Source of the DNA: Ginglymostoma cirratum | Taxonomy: Eukaryota | NCBI GenBank assembly: GCA_024137785.1 | Contig: JAHRHZ010000072.1 | Span: 6,007,749 to 6,071,748, forward strand | Reading direction: 5' to 3' | DNA: 64,000 bases | Part shown: positions 37,750-52,073 of the stretch, piece by piece | Layout: every line of letters begins with the position of its first letter | Position numbering within the stretch: the stretch's first letter is position 1 | Position numbers and translations under genes: made by a program | The notes under the pieces: generated by a model | Seen by the model: only the letters and a program-made list of their open reading frames with translations | Database searches by the model: none | Told to the model about the DNA's origin: nothing

Positions 37750-39130
37750 ATTCGCAACATGGAAGTCAGGACAGGTTGCTGGTGACTTCAGCTTGTCAAA
37801 TGCTCCAAAGGACCTCCATGTTAGACATTGCGCATCAACTTCTCAGGGCACACTCTATGTACACTGGTCAGATGCACCCAAACAACACACACTGGCACTC
37901 ACAATGGACTAGGCTGCATCTCCAGCCTGTTTGCTTTCTGTCATAGCGCTCATCCACTTGGAGCCCACCTGGCTGCTCACACCATCTCAGCCTGGCATGT
38001 TTGTGCTTTGCTCCCTCAGCCAGAGATATCAGGCCTATATTGCATCTACATTGCCTTGCCATTTAGCATGGACATAATGCCAGGAAGCTTGTCATGGCTA
38101 TCAGCACACCTCAGTCAAATGAGGGGAGACACCCTTCAGCCAGGGGGTCCCAACATAGCTTAGGTCAAGGGCATCCTCTGATACCAGCTTGGACACAATC
38201 AGTCAACACTCAAGGCAGTCAAAGTCAGGATGCTGTCCACATCAAAGGGTAAGAAACCAAATGTCAGGAAGCCCACCACCCACTTGACACTTTCTGCCCT
38301 TTAAGAGCTGCTTTACTCATGGAAAAGAGGGAGGCAAGTATTGAGGAAGATAAAAATGGGTGGCATAGTTGTTACCTTGGTGCATTTGGGGTCGTAGCCC
38401 ATGCGAATGAGTAAGCAGCACATAGTGGGGTTAGCACTATTTGGTGATGGAGTGGGTGACACTGAGTGAGGGAACATGTTGCAGACAATACTGAGAATGA
38501 TTGAGCACGAGCCTTGGTTGGAAATAAGTTTGAATAAGCACAGAATCAGAGAGAGTGTGAGGTGCCAGAGAGAAGGCGGTGGCATTTATTTTGACAGAGT
38601 GCAGAAGGTCGTTGACCTTCTTCTTTCTTTGGTACGCAACTTCTGGATAGCAAAGACTGCACTGACCCTGGAGGTAATCTTGTATCAGGCTGGCATGGTC
38701 TCTGTTGTGGCTTCCTCTGCAGGTCCTAGGGAAAGAGGGCATCCTGCCTGAGCACCGCCCCATTCCCCAGGTCATTGCCTGCGAAGTACGGTGGCAAATT
38801 TCCTTTTTCTGCCAAGTTAGAGACAAATGTTCAAAAGCGTGCAGGGGTCCCCCAAACTAACAGAGCTTGACCAGGTGCTCGGACGCCTTTTAAAGGTGGC
38901 TCCAGTACCAGAGATGCCAGTTCCGTGCCAGGAAGTGGTGCATTGTTCCAGGAATGCCGTCAGATGGGGCAAGAGTTGGGTGAGAGGGGTGTCAAAGGGG
39001 CAGGGTAAGCAGTTAATGAGTCAAGTGTGGCAAGATATGACAAGAAAGCCCGTTAAATATTGCCACAAAAAACCTTGCAAAAATTCTCAATGCAACTGGC
39101 ACTTAACCAATGAAATGTAGCATTCAAACC
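37750..39130 (-). mobile_element. Harbinger-derived element with Myb/SANT-like remnant
   Basis: ORF 38437-38826 contains YQRKKKVNDLLHSVK; similar to 12890-14060. Confidence 0.6.
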
Positions 39131-39884
39131 ACGGAGACTTTTAGCTGAACGCCACACTCCCCTGCCAGCCAGTCTTGGGAGCAGTGCATATAAACTCTTG
39201 CGGGTACTGGTTTGCCAGCTGCCTACCCACCTGCCTGCGCCCTTTGACTAGCCCTGGGTGAAGTTGATAGGCCCTCCTACCAATAGGTTAATTAAAACCA
39301 TTAAGTTGGCAATTAATGCATCAGTTAATGCTTAAGCATTAAGTATTTGATTGGCAATGGCTCTCTGATGCAGGACTTACAGTTCCAGTGGGTTAGAAAT
39401 ATGATTATTAAACACAAGCTTTGCATTAAATTCTTCACTGAATTAAAATACGACCCTGTGACTTCAAGGGTGAGACTGTAGAGAGGAAGAAGATTACGCA
39501 AACATAGAAGATTAAGAAACACAGCATGCTAAAGCAGAGTGACAAAAATAGAGTAAAACAGGAACAATCATTTTTGTCAGTAAAAAAAACAGGATCAACT
39601 AACATCAACATAATAGACATATTGAAATTCTATGTGAAATGCTGTGGGAGGGTGGCAATGTGAGAAAAACACTATAAAAATGACCAAAACAACAGTGCTT
39701 GAATTAATGGGATAAAAATTTTTAAGAGAGGCATCTCATAGCATGCCTTGTTAAATAAACTGGTTTACGCATTTTGGTTATTTTTGCCCATACTGTTGCT
39801 GGAAAGGCTCATAATTAGATAATTAAGTTAGAAATTGCCAAGATACAAGTCATACAATTGAAATAATCAAAGGATGAAATAGCT

Positions 39885-40330
39885 GGAAACTCTGTTTTGG
39901 TCACCTCCGGACTTCATTATTCTAATGCACTCCAGGCACTGCCCAGTCAAAACTAGAGGTCATTGAAAACCCAGTCATACATCACCTAAACCATATCAAG
40001 TCAAATTCATCCATAGTCTAGTTCTCACCAATCTGCATAGACTCTTGTTTAAGCCTTGCCTTGATTTCAAAATTTTATTCTTGTTTATAAAACTTCTTCA
40101 TAGTTTCCCCGTCCAGATCCACAACCTGCCAAGATACCTGTGCTCCTTTAACCTCTTTCAGCATTCTTGGATTTAATCATTTCACCGTGGTTGCCATGCT
40201 TGCAGTTGCCAAGGCTTCAAGCTCCGCAATTTCCCTTCTAAACCTTTCAGTTTCTCTACTCTCTTTCCTGCTTAATGACAATTCTCAAACTTCTGCTCAA
40301 AATTTTGAGTGCTGTTTCCTTATGGGGCTC
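39885..40330 (+). mobile_element. Old L2 LINE C-terminal fragment
   Basis: gtcacctccggacttcattattctaatgcactc translates VTSGLHYSNAL, resembling L2 VTSRLDYSNAL. Confidence 0.65.
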
Positions 40331-41129
40331 GGAGTTATATGTTGTATGCTATTACACCAAAGGCACACACACAAGTTCTTATAATGAGAACACAAAGGAC
40401 TGCTGGGCTAACCAAAGCAAAAATCAATCCAGTTGGGAATGTGACTCCACAAATCAACACACAAGTAAAGAACTGTAGAAATTAAAATGATTATTTAATC
40501 AGATTTCACCGGTGACACACCTCATGGCAATGCCACGTTTGTTGGGTATTTTGCTCAGCCTTCAGGTGGAAAACTTCTGCTGTAAGTGAGTTGGGAATGG
40601 CCTTCTGAAGTGCATGGGGATCTGTAACTTTGGTAAATGATCAGTATCAGGGAGAAGTACAGCACAGAAAGACACCCTTCAGCCCATCAAGTCTGCAGCA
40701 GGTGCCAGCAAAGGAAATGAACAAGTGACCTTAGCATTACTACCACAACGCTCAAACCATCAGAGCTAATCAGCCAGTATATCAACTGGTCAAAGAGATT
40801 TAAAGATTAAGAAAGAGAATGACATTGAGGCGATAAGATGAATTTGAGTGAAGTGAAACACAGGAAGAGAAATAAAGAGAAAGGAAAAAAATCGGATTGA
40901 GAGAAAGATAGGAAAAAAGTTAAGAATTAAATAAACTTTAAGGGCAATTTACCACCTGCAGTTATGACACTCTCCAGTTTCAATTATTTCCTTTCTGAGC
41001 CTCCAGAATTGAGAGGCATTACAGGAACATAAATTTCATTATTCTGTAAAGTACAAGTCCTAACTTTCTCTCATGTCTTTCATTGGCAAATAGTGCATAA
41101 ATTCAGCAACATCCTGCAATTCAAGTGAG

Positions 41130-42626
41130 AGATCTGATCTACTGTGTCCCAGTATGCTATTGGAAGTTAGGGAAGAAATTGCTGGGCTCCTTGCAGAAAT
41201 ACTTGCATCATTTATAACTATGGGTGAGGTGCTGGATGACTGGAAGGTGGCTAATGTTGTGACTTTGTTCAAGAAGGGATGTAAGGAGCAGCCTGGGAAC
41301 TATAGATTTGTTAGTCTAACCTCAATGGTGGGTAAGTTGTTGGAGGAGATTCTGAAAAATAGGATTTATGTGCATTTGAAGAGGCAAGGAATGATCAAGG
41401 ATAGTCATCAGCACGTTTTTGTGTGAGGGAAATCATGGCTCACAAACTTATTGAGTTTTCTGAGGAAGTAACCAAGAAGATTAATGAAGACAGAGCGGTA
41501 GGCATTGTTTTTTCGGACTTTAATAAAGCCTTTGACAAGGTTCTGCATGGTAGACTAATTAAAGTTATATCACATGGAATTCAGGGTGAGCTTGCCAATT
41601 GGATACAAAATTGGTTTAATGGCAGGAGACAAAGAGTGATGGTGGAGGGTTTTTTTTCAGAACGGAGGCCTGTTACCAGTGGTGATGCACAGGGATCAGT
41701 GCTGTGTCCACATTTGTTTGTCATTTAGGCACAGTTAATAAGTTTGTGGATGATACCAAAATTGGTGACAGTGCAGAAGGTTATCTAAGATTACAAAGAG
41801 GTCTTGATCAATTAGGTTAATGGATTGAGGAGTGGCAGATGGAATTTAATTTGGATAAATGTGAGGTAATGCATTTTGTGAAATAAACAAGGGCAGGACT
41901 TATACAATTAAAAGCAGGGCCTTGGGTAGTGTTGTGGAACAGATAGACTAAGGGGTTCAGTGACATAATTCTTTGAAGTTTGCATCACATGTTGACAGGA
42001 TGGTTGAGAAGGCATTTAGGATATGTGCCTCATTGCTCAGACCTTTGAGTATAAGAGTTGGGACATCACTTTGAGGTTGTACAGGACATTGGTGAGGCTA
42101 CTTCTGGAGTACTATGTTCAGTTCTGGTTGCCTGTTATAGAATGGATACTATTCAGCTGGAGAGGGTTCAGAAAAGATTTACCAGGACGTTGCAAGAATA
42201 GAGGGTTTGAGTTAAAGGAGAGGCTGGATAGGCTGGGACCTTTTTCCACTGGAGTGTAGGAAGTTGAGGGGTGACCTTATAAAATCATGACGGGTACAGA
42301 TAAGTTGAATGGCAGGTGTCTTTTCCCTAGGGTGGTGGATTTCAAAACCAGGGGGCATATTTTTAAGGCAAGAGGAGAAGGGTTTAAATAAAAAAGAAAT
42401 AAGGGGAAATTTTTTTTTACAGAAAGTGTAGTTCATGTGTGGAATAAAATTCCAGAGGAAGTGGTGGGTATATTTACAACATTTAAAAGACATTTGGAAA
42501 AGTACATAAATAGGAAATGTTTGGAGGAATATGGCCAAACGCAGGCAGGTGGGATTAGTTTAGTTTGGGATTATGGTCAGCTTGGACTGTTGGGTCTGTT
42601 TCCATGCTGTATGACTCTATGACTCT
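41130..42626 (+). mobile_element. 5'-truncated CR1 LINE (full RT to 3' end), frameshifted
   Basis: DWKVANVVTLFKKG..PGNYR.VSLTS, DFNKAFDKV.HGRL, QGSVL.P.LF, VDDTKI; tail tatgactctatgactct. Confidence 0.95.
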
Positions 42627-43729
42627 GTGCATTGAGCTGCAGTAATTACCCAGCAACTTGTGACAATTCACAACTTCCAGCCTATCTTTCTTGCTACAAA
42701 TTGCTTCGTTATTCAAACAGCAATATAGTGTGCACTTTAAACTAGTCATTATTTCCCCAACAAATTCTGACTTACTATTTTGCTTGTGTTTCTTGAACAA
42801 TTAATATAAAATAACCCCAATATATAACTTTATATGTACCTGGAGGCCATCTTCATGTACCAAATAGTACGCAGTCTATCCAGATTTATGCTATAATTAC
42901 AAAAACTTGCCACAACTATCTATCCCACTGTAATTTGGTTCTCTAGCCCCTACCCACTGATTTAGGAAAATAGATGGGGACTATTTATGATCGAGAACAC
43001 TGAAGTAGGAAGGAGCTTGGTATCCTGTCATTATTTCCTAAATAGCCTGCAAAGGTATATCAATAAGATTGTGGCAATTTTAACAATTGACATTAAAATA
43101 ATGCAATGTGGTGTAATTGTTTCCTTCAATAAACTGCAAGCTCACTTTGAATTTTTATATCAAAAAACACATCATAACTTTATTTAGTTTATTATTTCAT
43201 TGCAATTGAAAAAAAAACCAATCTTTGCGCGTTTTTTGGGGGTGGGATGAATCAGACAAGTCATGTGTTGTTTTTGTCACAATAACATCTGAGGCATGAC
43301 AAGGCTTTTTCATGGGATACAATAGATTACATTATGTTTTACGCAGTCTTCCTAAACACTATTTCCTAAAGCAGAGGCCTTGAAAAAACACTAATTGTCT
43401 TCATAGTTATATCACAATGTTCCGGCTTAAAAGAAGTATATCTCTGTCTTGTGTAAGGTAACTAGAACGCACAATTCTGGGAGTCTCATTCTGTTGACAT
43501 GCATGCATTTTGTCTGTAATCACTAAAACAGACTCATTTACATAGTTGGGACAATTCCACACATTTTTGTGGAGGTGTCAAACTTCAGAAACTTTTTTTT
43601 ATACAGCAGGATTTGGAAAGTAAAAGTAAATGTTAAGGTCTTAAATCAAAACGAATGCAAATATTGCAGATGTCACCAAATAAGTTGACCTTTGATTCCG
43701 CAAAAATTTTCCCAAAATCTGAGTTCGAC

Positions 43730-43856
43730 AATCATAGAATCCCCAAAGTGTGGAAACTTTAGGCCCTTTGGTCCAACAAGTCCACACCGACCCTTGGAGC
43801 AACCCATCCAGACCCATCCCCCTATAACCCACCTAAGCTACACATCCCTGAACACT
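43730..43856 (-). mobile_element. HE1/CR1 tail fragment
   Basis: atcatagaatccccaaagtgtggaaac..aggccctttggtccaacaagtccacaccgaccc. Confidence 0.7.
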
Positions 43857-44090
43857 GACAATGACATTATAAAAGTGGATTGTCGGCATGGGTGTGGGCT
43901 GTTACCATTTTGAAATGTTATCAACAGATGATGCAAAGAGATGGTATGTCTTAAACTCCCGCGAATCTGCCTAACCAGCCCGTATCACCTGCTCGATCCC
44001 TTACATCCAGTAAGATACCAATAAGACACCAGTATGTAAATATGGATTTGTGGGGAAATATTGAGGATGACGATGAGCGCAAGTAAATTA

Positions 44091-44761
44091 TGTCACTGTT
44101 GGAAAGATTTGGGGAAGAGGGTGTGAGAGCGCTGTAACTTTAAGAGAATATTTTATCCTTTTTTTTGAGAAGACGTTGTAAAGCAGAGTTGCTGAGCACT
44201 CTACTAAATTCACTACAATAAACAGCTTGTAAACAACTTTTTTAAAATGTTGAAAAAATAGAAGCAGCTTGAATGGATGCGGTCAGCTCTCACAGACCAG
44301 GATTTCTAATTTTTTTTAAAGTTTTTAGGTTTAGTTTTAAGCAGTTGTTGTCATGGGCTTGAAAAAGCAGAAGTTATTTTTCCCTCTCTCCATTATAGCC
44401 TAAACGCTGGGGGGTGGGATTCTCTTCCTAGGCTGCTGGATTGCATGCGAGACAAAATCTGAACCTGCCTTTTTGCCAAAGGGTGTGTTTATGGGCTGTA
44501 ACCATATTGGAACAGTTAATTAGTAATAGTTACTGTATCTATTATTCTGTTGTGTTCTAATAGAGTTAAGTTCCTCCTTCTTCGATTGTATTTTAACTAT
44601 AGTATTTAAATAAATTGTGTTTTGCTTAACATTGAGGTACTTTGACCAGTCACATTGCATCTGGAACACAGCACTTTACATCTGCCTTTTAAATAAGAAA
44701 AAGTTAACATCTAGGCTGCCTCCTTAAAATATTTTGAGAGGTTCTGGTCTGGTCCATAACA
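44091..44761 (+). mobile_element. Probable solo LTR
   Basis: Starts TGTCAC and ends ATAACA, with AATAAA at ~44609; ~670 bp; no clear target-site duplication. Confidence 0.55.
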
Positions 44762-44934
44762 AGGGGTAAAGGTATGAAAAAAGTATGATTTTTGAGGATG
44801 GTAAATTGCATTGTCTTAATATGCAGGGCTAACTTACATGCTGTCTTTATGGTAAGAAGAAAAAGACACTGAGACCAAAAGTGGTTAAAATGGCCATTTC
44901 TCTTCTAAACTGCACACAACCAGGAATTTATTGG

Positions 44935-45158
44935 AAGCAAGGAATTGTGGGTGATGGAGATCTAAAACTGAAAACAGAGCGTGCTGGAGGAATTTAGCCA
45001 GTCCAGCAGTATTTCTGAAGAGAGAGAGAGACAGAGACAGAGACAGAGTTAACATTGTTAATATAATATGAATCTTCTTCAGAAGTTGAAACATCAGCTC
45101 TGCCTTTCTTCTCCACAGATATTGCCAGACTTAGTCTCCAGCATTTTCTTTATTTACA
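44935..45158. mobile_element. Penelope-derived palindromic element with (AG)n expansion
   Basis: gctggaggaatttagcc...gagttaac ... ctccacagatattgccagact...ctccagc inverted arms. Confidence 0.7.
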
Positions 45159-45687
45159 GTAGGACTTTATTAGCTTGCCTTGTGTTAGATGCTGGTGAGA
45201 AAGGGCTACCAAGTGGATCTCACATATTTCTGAAAGGTACTTTCTTGTTGAGTTCATGGTGAAACGTATTTTTTTTTTGCAACAGTGATTAAAGAAACTT
45301 CTGAATATTTTATTTCCGGAGTAAGTTGCATCTGGAAAGACTCCAGAGATAACAGTGCACAATTAGTGATGACCATGTGTCAAAACATCAGAGCAACAGA
45401 TGTTAGAACATCTCCTTTATCCTTCAAGAATAATCCATTGGCCTTAGTGTTTTCTGTTACATAAAGCCAATCATTGTAAAGAAATCTAATTGTTTTCCTG
45501 AAGATTGTGTGTATTTGTGTGTGTGCTTTGAAGTTAATTTAAGCAATAAACATTAATACATCTATTTTACTGGTGTTGGCCAATTATGCATCTTTATAGA
45601 ACAGGTTTGCTTTTGATAACAGGCCAACATTTGTGTTTATTAAGCCATCTGATTGATAGGTCTTTCCATTTAGATAAAAAAAAAGCT

Positions 45688-45770
45688 TTTGCTGGAAAAA
45701 CTCAGCAGGTCTGGCAGCATCTGTGGACAGAAATCACAGTTAACATTTTGGATCCAGTGATCCTTCAGTG
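45688..45770 (-). mobile_element. Penelope-derived terminus, one arm
   Basis: tgctggaaaaactcagcaggtctggcagcatctgtgga..agttaacattt. Confidence 0.7.
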
Positions 45771-48143
45771 AGGAGTGGAATTACAGCAACAGAGCAGTCC
45801 TCCAGCCCGGTTCGTAAAATGTGAAAATTGCCAAACAACTCACAGTAATTGTAGAAGGATATTTTACTACGTAAAAGGTTCTATATAAATGCAAACAGCT
45901 GTTGCTGAAGCTCTTTGATTCAGGCCATGGTACAAAGTACCTGTTACAAGCCTTCAGTTTGTAAACAGAGATATAGGCAGCAAGTCTAGTCTTAAACAAA
46001 CACCTGCAACTGCATGGATTGGGGAGGATCAGGAGTTGAGTACAGAAAAGGTGATAAGTTAATACACAAAGAGAATGCATTATTTATACCAATATATAAA
46101 GACAATTTGTACTGATTCAATTAAATTAGTCTAATCATAACTGCTGCCCTGTGTGTTCATTTACTGTGAAATTAAATAGCTCAGTGATTCATACTTGGAC
46201 TCATCCTAGTGAGGGTTTCTTTTTAAATCTTCCTGCCTGAATAGGGCCAGGATGAGTTGCCTGTTGATTGTGGAATCTACTGGATCTACATCCCTCTGTG
46301 TTCAACGGTTTGAAAATCTTATGAGGTCTAACCCCTTCAGCAGATCACTGCTCAGGAAGGAGGTACAAATTTACCTTGAAACATATTTTTCTGATCACTT
46401 TTGAGAATATTGGAAAGACGCTCACAGGAAGGACAGAAATATCTAGCTCAGATCATAAGGGGAACTTAATATTCCATCCCTGGGTTATACAATGGTCTAA
46501 GCAGATAACGTGTAGTGTGAGTCTAATCCAGCAATAAAAAAAGTGTGTCAAATTTATATATAGCAAATACTGATGACTGTGAATGTAAGAAGATACTTGT
46601 ATCTGGCAGAATCTGAGACCCTATGGGATAAAGAGAAATTGCAATTCCTGAAAAATTTCCATAAGGAAATCGCTGTCATTAATTTTTGTGTAAATTAACT
46701 CTTCTGGAATTGATTATCTTTGCTGAACAACTTTCTTGGGGCCTTGCAAAGGCTGAACACAGTAACTAACTTAGCTCTAAGCTGATTTAAGTCCAACTAA
46801 GTCAACTGATGGCCAGCTGGAATTTTCAGAACAGCTTAAGAGCATTATTTACGTGCTCCTGGAGCTTTTTGGTAATTTAAGAAAGTGAGCAAAAGACTTG
46901 CCTGTGTGTGTGTGTCAAGCACAACCAATTACATCCCCCCACCCAAAGTAGTAACCCAGTGAATTCCGGTTTTAACCAACACCACTTGCCCAGGCCAGCC
47001 CCATTCATTTCAGCCCCTCAAATTGCATGCATACAATTTTTAAAAATGTCATTCAGGCTTTAAGGACTTAATAGTTTAGACTTCTCTCTAATAAAAGCAA
47101 CTGTAATGGTAGGAAAGGACAAACAGAAATAATGGAAATGTTAGTAAAGCAAAGTCAACTGCAAGCAGAGATTGTTAAGTCAAGACAAGAAGTTCCACAT
47201 ATGTAGTTTATATTATGTAGTTTGTGAAATAATATTTCTAGAAAACCTTTGTAAAACACTTAACAAGACACAAGTGAAAACACATTTTATTCATGCAAAA
47301 AGTAAACATTGCAAATTATAAATCGTAAATATGCATAAATCACTTTTACAGTGACTTTACTCAGTAAGCTCATTTTCTGTATTTGAAGCAGATCAAGTAT
47401 GTACTGCAGCTCAATATACACATAATGTTAATGCAATGTTTACTTCCACGAAGTCAAATGACATCTGGATTTGAAAGGGACTGAAAGCTACCCTTTGACA
47501 TTGGAAAGTAAAGATGTTTAAGATTGTGACAAATATAAACTGATGTCTAACATGAAACAGATATTACTTTGAGAACAATGAATTATTGTACATAATGATA
47601 GGCTGCTAAGTGATTTGGCTATACATTTTCGTAATCTCTGGATTGCATCTGTTTCATTATAAGACAATGATACTTTATTTCCTTCACATACTTGTATGAA
47701 AGGAGAATACAAAGTACGATTCAATTGTTAAAAACATGATACAAAGGCATATTCTGTGTAAATTTAGCAGGAAAGTAGTTCCATAATGATTTAATTTTAC
47801 ATACTACATTCATCATCTCACTCTTAAAACTTAATTTTTAACATTTTCAATAACCCAAAACCAAGACAGCCAAGAAAACAACATCTTTGCTTTGTGTTTT
47901 CTGCTGATAACTTACAATGACTTTAATCACTGATTGCTCACATGACACAGCAACAATACCTGGGTCTTTTAGATAAATACCCACCATCCTCAAACCAAAC
48001 ACTCTCCATTCAATTTTGGATTATATCTTTTGTTTGCTCTAAAAGAGATATTTGCAGTAATTGTGCAACACTATGAAATGAATGATAGTGAACTGGAAGC
48101 CTGTTCTACATTGCTTGCGATTTTCATATCAATTAGTTGACTA

Positions 48144-51100
48144 GGTGGAATGTCAGTTGTAGAAGTGAGGAAACCCGAACTCAGGATCAGAAGTGAGCAG
48201 GATTTCCACTTGAAAGTGGGACAACCAGCCATGTGCACATGGTGGGACACAATTAGATCTGATCTAGGGACCCAGCCAACTGTCTAGTGGGATGCACAGG
48301 AAGACACTGACCCTGCTGTTGCATCATGGGGTCAAAGGTCCAGGCACCTTATTTAAGAAGCACCTTGACCAGCACCCTCTCCCTGCAGGTCAGCAATATC
48401 ATTCTGCCTATTAGAGTGGAGGATTTTGAATTCGAATCCTCAACTCCTGACAAACTGTGAATCCTGAATCACCTGCTGTTACTCCATTCAAAAGTGAACA
48501 CACAAAGAAAGAGTGGCCTCACATTTTAGAAATGCCACCCATCCACTTCTCCAGATTATCTGGCAATGGCAGCAGGAGTATCTTCTTCTTGATTAAGGTA
48601 ACGTTCATAAAGATTGCAGTGAAAGCTAGCAGCCACGGGGTTCAAAAAAAAGGAACTTAGCCCAATGTCAAAAAGGTTCCACAAGCTGTTGCACTCTGCA
48701 GCAGTAAGTAACACTGTAGCCATTGCAATGTACCACTCACAATGGTACCAAATGATGTAAATGTGAGAGTAGTGTGGTGTGCCAGGCAGGAGTTTGGGTT
48801 CTAGACCTCAGTAAATGAGGGAACTTGTGGACTGAATGTACAGGAGCCATTTCAGGCTGAGAAAGTTGCACCTGTTGCAGGGGATTGTGGGTGTGGCACA
48901 CATAATAGGGAGGTGAGGAAAGTGGGGTCACGGATATTTCATGCAGCCATCCAGCACAATCGCAGGTTAAGCAGTTTCGCAGACTCCTACGTTGCCTGTA
49001 AGTTTTGTGGCCTTGAGGAATCTATGGCTCATCTTTATGTCAATTGCTTTAGTTTTTAGCCTCATTTATTTTTATTGGCTCCCAGCTGTCCTCAGAAAGG
49101 GAGTGCATGGTGTTCACCATTTCAAGTCTTGCACAGGCACCCCGGGGGCTGGGGTGTATCATCACCCTCCAAAATGACAGTTTGATTTAACTTTGTAAGT
49201 TTTGTTCATGATTTGGACTTTTGTTACAGTGCCCTTCATGGGCTGTTATTTAATTTGTTTTTGCTTAATTTGGTCAATTGGTTATTATTTTAAAATAGGG
49301 GTAGGTTTCCATTCTCTTAAAGGGGCTTGCTGATGATACTCAATTGCTCGTCTGCCTGCAGGATAAAACAGTTCATAATGTGAGTGCTCACTCAAAGACA
49401 AGTGGCAGTGCGCCTGACCCTGCAGAAAAAGATGCAATGGAATTGATTGGGCAGAAGCTTGGATGCTTAGTTGCAGACAGTAAGGCGACAATGTCGATGC
49501 AATAGAGTCAGATCTCTCCAACCTGGTGTCATGACATCCTGGAGAGCCACAGGACAGTGTGCTGGGAAATGGGAATGTGAATAGCCTCTAGCTAATACGC
49601 TGCGTTCTCCACGACAAGTCCCCACAATCAGCAGACATATCACCCTCAGTCTGCAGCAAGACCGAACCTCATATCTGAAGCTGATGACATATACTTGTCA
49701 GAAGTCATCATCATATCATTCCCCCATACCGTCCAGTCACTCAAATGGAATACATTTATGATTAGGCTTGGGAGTCACACATCATTGGAATATTCTATCG
49801 AATGTGAAACGGAGGCCCCTCACAGTCAGAGGACAGCTCAGGAGCAGGCCCATTTGCCTCTGGGTGTGGATGCACAGAATCTGCCAGAGATGCAGAGATA
49901 GATGAGAGATTATCTGGCAGATATTCCAAAAGAGGTGTGCACCTCAAGTAAACAGTGAAGCAGTCCATCCACGTCATGAGTTCTATCGTGGCTCCAGAAA
50001 TGTAAGTACATTACTTCTTTAATGGGGAACATGGGATTGACATGGAGATCCAGGTCTGGATCTGCATTTTGTGACTCTGGCAATGACTTCTAGATGCTCC
50101 TTCACATCCTAGAGTCCGAGAACTGGCATTGTGCACCAGCAAGGAGGAGGAACAATTGGTCTGCTGGCTGAGAATCTACCAGTCCCTGGGAGGTGAGTCC
50201 ACTTCTGCAGGGTTCATTTTCACATGTCACAAACTTGATGGCACAGTGATGGATTAGAATATCATTCAGTTTATAAATGCTGCTGGCTCTTCACAGGGAG
50301 CTGTCAGCACCACATTGGTGTAATCAATTGCCTCTGTACATGTGGAAATCCAGCTATGGAGCTGAATCCAACAGCAATGACTGCCTGATTCTCCAGGCCT
50401 GTGGTGAATCCATAGCATCATCAGCTCTTTTGAACTCTCTAATGCATCTGCATGTGGTCAACTGGGAGATTCCACACTTGATCCCCCAAGAAGCCCTGGA
50501 ACAGCCTGGTGACATCGCAAATCATGGTCATGGCAACTTCAAAGACTACTGACCTAGGAGGATCTCCCATTCCATGGGGTGCTAGGATGTCCTGCAGGAG
50601 GTGATACCAATCAATAAATGACAACCATGATATCCTCAGCCATCCTTACTTATGAATGTATCCATCCTACATGGAGTATATTTCAATATGCCACAGTGTG
50701 CAGTACCCTGGTTGCCAACATCCTGAGTTTCCTGACACTCTGCTGCTTCCCCTTGTAGTCCTTCTGGCCATGCTGTGCCTGACCCTGGCTCATCCTCCTG
50801 CTCCATTGCATCAAAAAGCTCTGGGTGCATGAGACTCACTCTACATGCCTGGTGAATGACAGATAGAAGACTGACAAAGGGCTGGTCAGAACGGTCTACT
50901 TAGCCCTTCTTCTTGACTTGAGGAATGTAAACCAATGGGGAGCCCACTGCCATGCATCAAATGCACCCCAATCTCCAGCCAGCCCCCTATGTCTAATGAT
51001 GGCTTTGAACTGGTCTCCTGCTGCCACATCCTAATGTCACAGTTTTGTGTCACTGGACACTCCCAACTTGGCAGTGGAGCTACAAGCCATCATGCTTCAC

Positions 51101-51744
51101 AGTCCCTCAGTAACCCTTGACGCTTCCTCTAGCCCTGTGTTCTGTCAGCCCCCACCAGTGCTCTTAAATCACTGTCTGCCATCTTGGACCTGCTAACACC
51201 AATCACCATCGAGCATCCCTCCTGGCACCTCATCCTATACCCTAGCATCCCTGACCTGCCAATCATCATCTTCAATCCTCCAGTGTTGACTTGCCCTCAC
51301 TTACCTTCAATACTCTCCAAACTCTCATTGTTCTGCCCTCAATCACACTTGATCTCCCCTGAAACATTCATAACCTGCCTTCAAAGGAGACTGATCTTCC
51401 TTGTGTCATCCAGTTCCCTCTCTCTGTCCCCACAATGATCTCCATTTCACAGAAAACCATGGCCCTGCCTACCCAGACAGCCATTAACCTGAACTCAGTG
51501 CAACCCTTTAATTTTTTTCACAGGTCCATAAAACTCTAAACACAAGAGAAGGAGCTCCTATGTATCCAAATCCACCAGGAAAACTGCCTCAGCTGAAGCA
51601 TACCACCTTAAAACACTCATGACTGTGAAAGCAAGTGTTTCTTATTTGCTGCAGACCTAATCACGAATGTACAATATAATCTAGTGTCCGTGCGTTTTAA
51701 GAGTATGCATGACATTTTTTATGCATTAAAAATAGGTTCCCACC
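48144..51744. mobile_element. Decayed PIF/Harbinger transposon: Myb-like gene on +, HARBI1-like DDE nuclease on -
   Basis: + 48660-48710 caatgtcaaaaaggttccacaagctgttgcactctgc (QC/KRFHKLLHSA, frameshifted) followed by gtaagt. Minus ~50650-50150 reads HLLQDILAPHGMG..., LFQG..GD, CGISQLTTCRCIRE, GFSSIAGFPHVQ/AIDYTNV across frameshifts. Ends are approximate. Confidence 0.75.
48860..49290 (+). mobile_element. L1/Tx1 ORF2 C-terminal zinc-binding region and 3' end, nested in the Harbinger relic
   Basis: 48997-49047 encodes CKFCGLEESMAHLYVNC (CCHC, zf-RVT-like), followed by a T-rich 3' region. Confidence 0.7.
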
Positions 51745-51761
51745 AAATGTCATCATGAACT

Positions 51762-52073
51762 GGGGAGGTGACAGCCTAGCGACATTATCATTGGGCCGTT
51801 AATTCAGGAAACATTCTGAGGACAAGGATTCGAATCCTGCCATGGCAGATGGTGGAATTTGAATTCAAATACAATCTGTAATTATAAATCTAATGAGCTG
51901 ATTGTTGGTGAAAAACTATTTGGTTCACTTATGTCCTTTATGGAAGGAAACTGCCTACATGTAACTCCAGACCCACTGTAAATGGTTGACTCCTAACTGC
52001 CCTCTGGGCAATGAGGGATGGGCATTTAATGCTGGCCTAGCTAGCGATGCCCTCTTCATGTGAATGAATAAAA
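51762..52073 (+). mobile_element. SacSINE/Deu-type tRNA-derived SINE with L2 tail
   Basis: B-box-like ggattcgaatcc; core tggttcact.atgtccttta.ggaaggaaa; tail gctggcctagc.agcgatgccc...tgaatgaataaaa. Confidence 0.85.
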
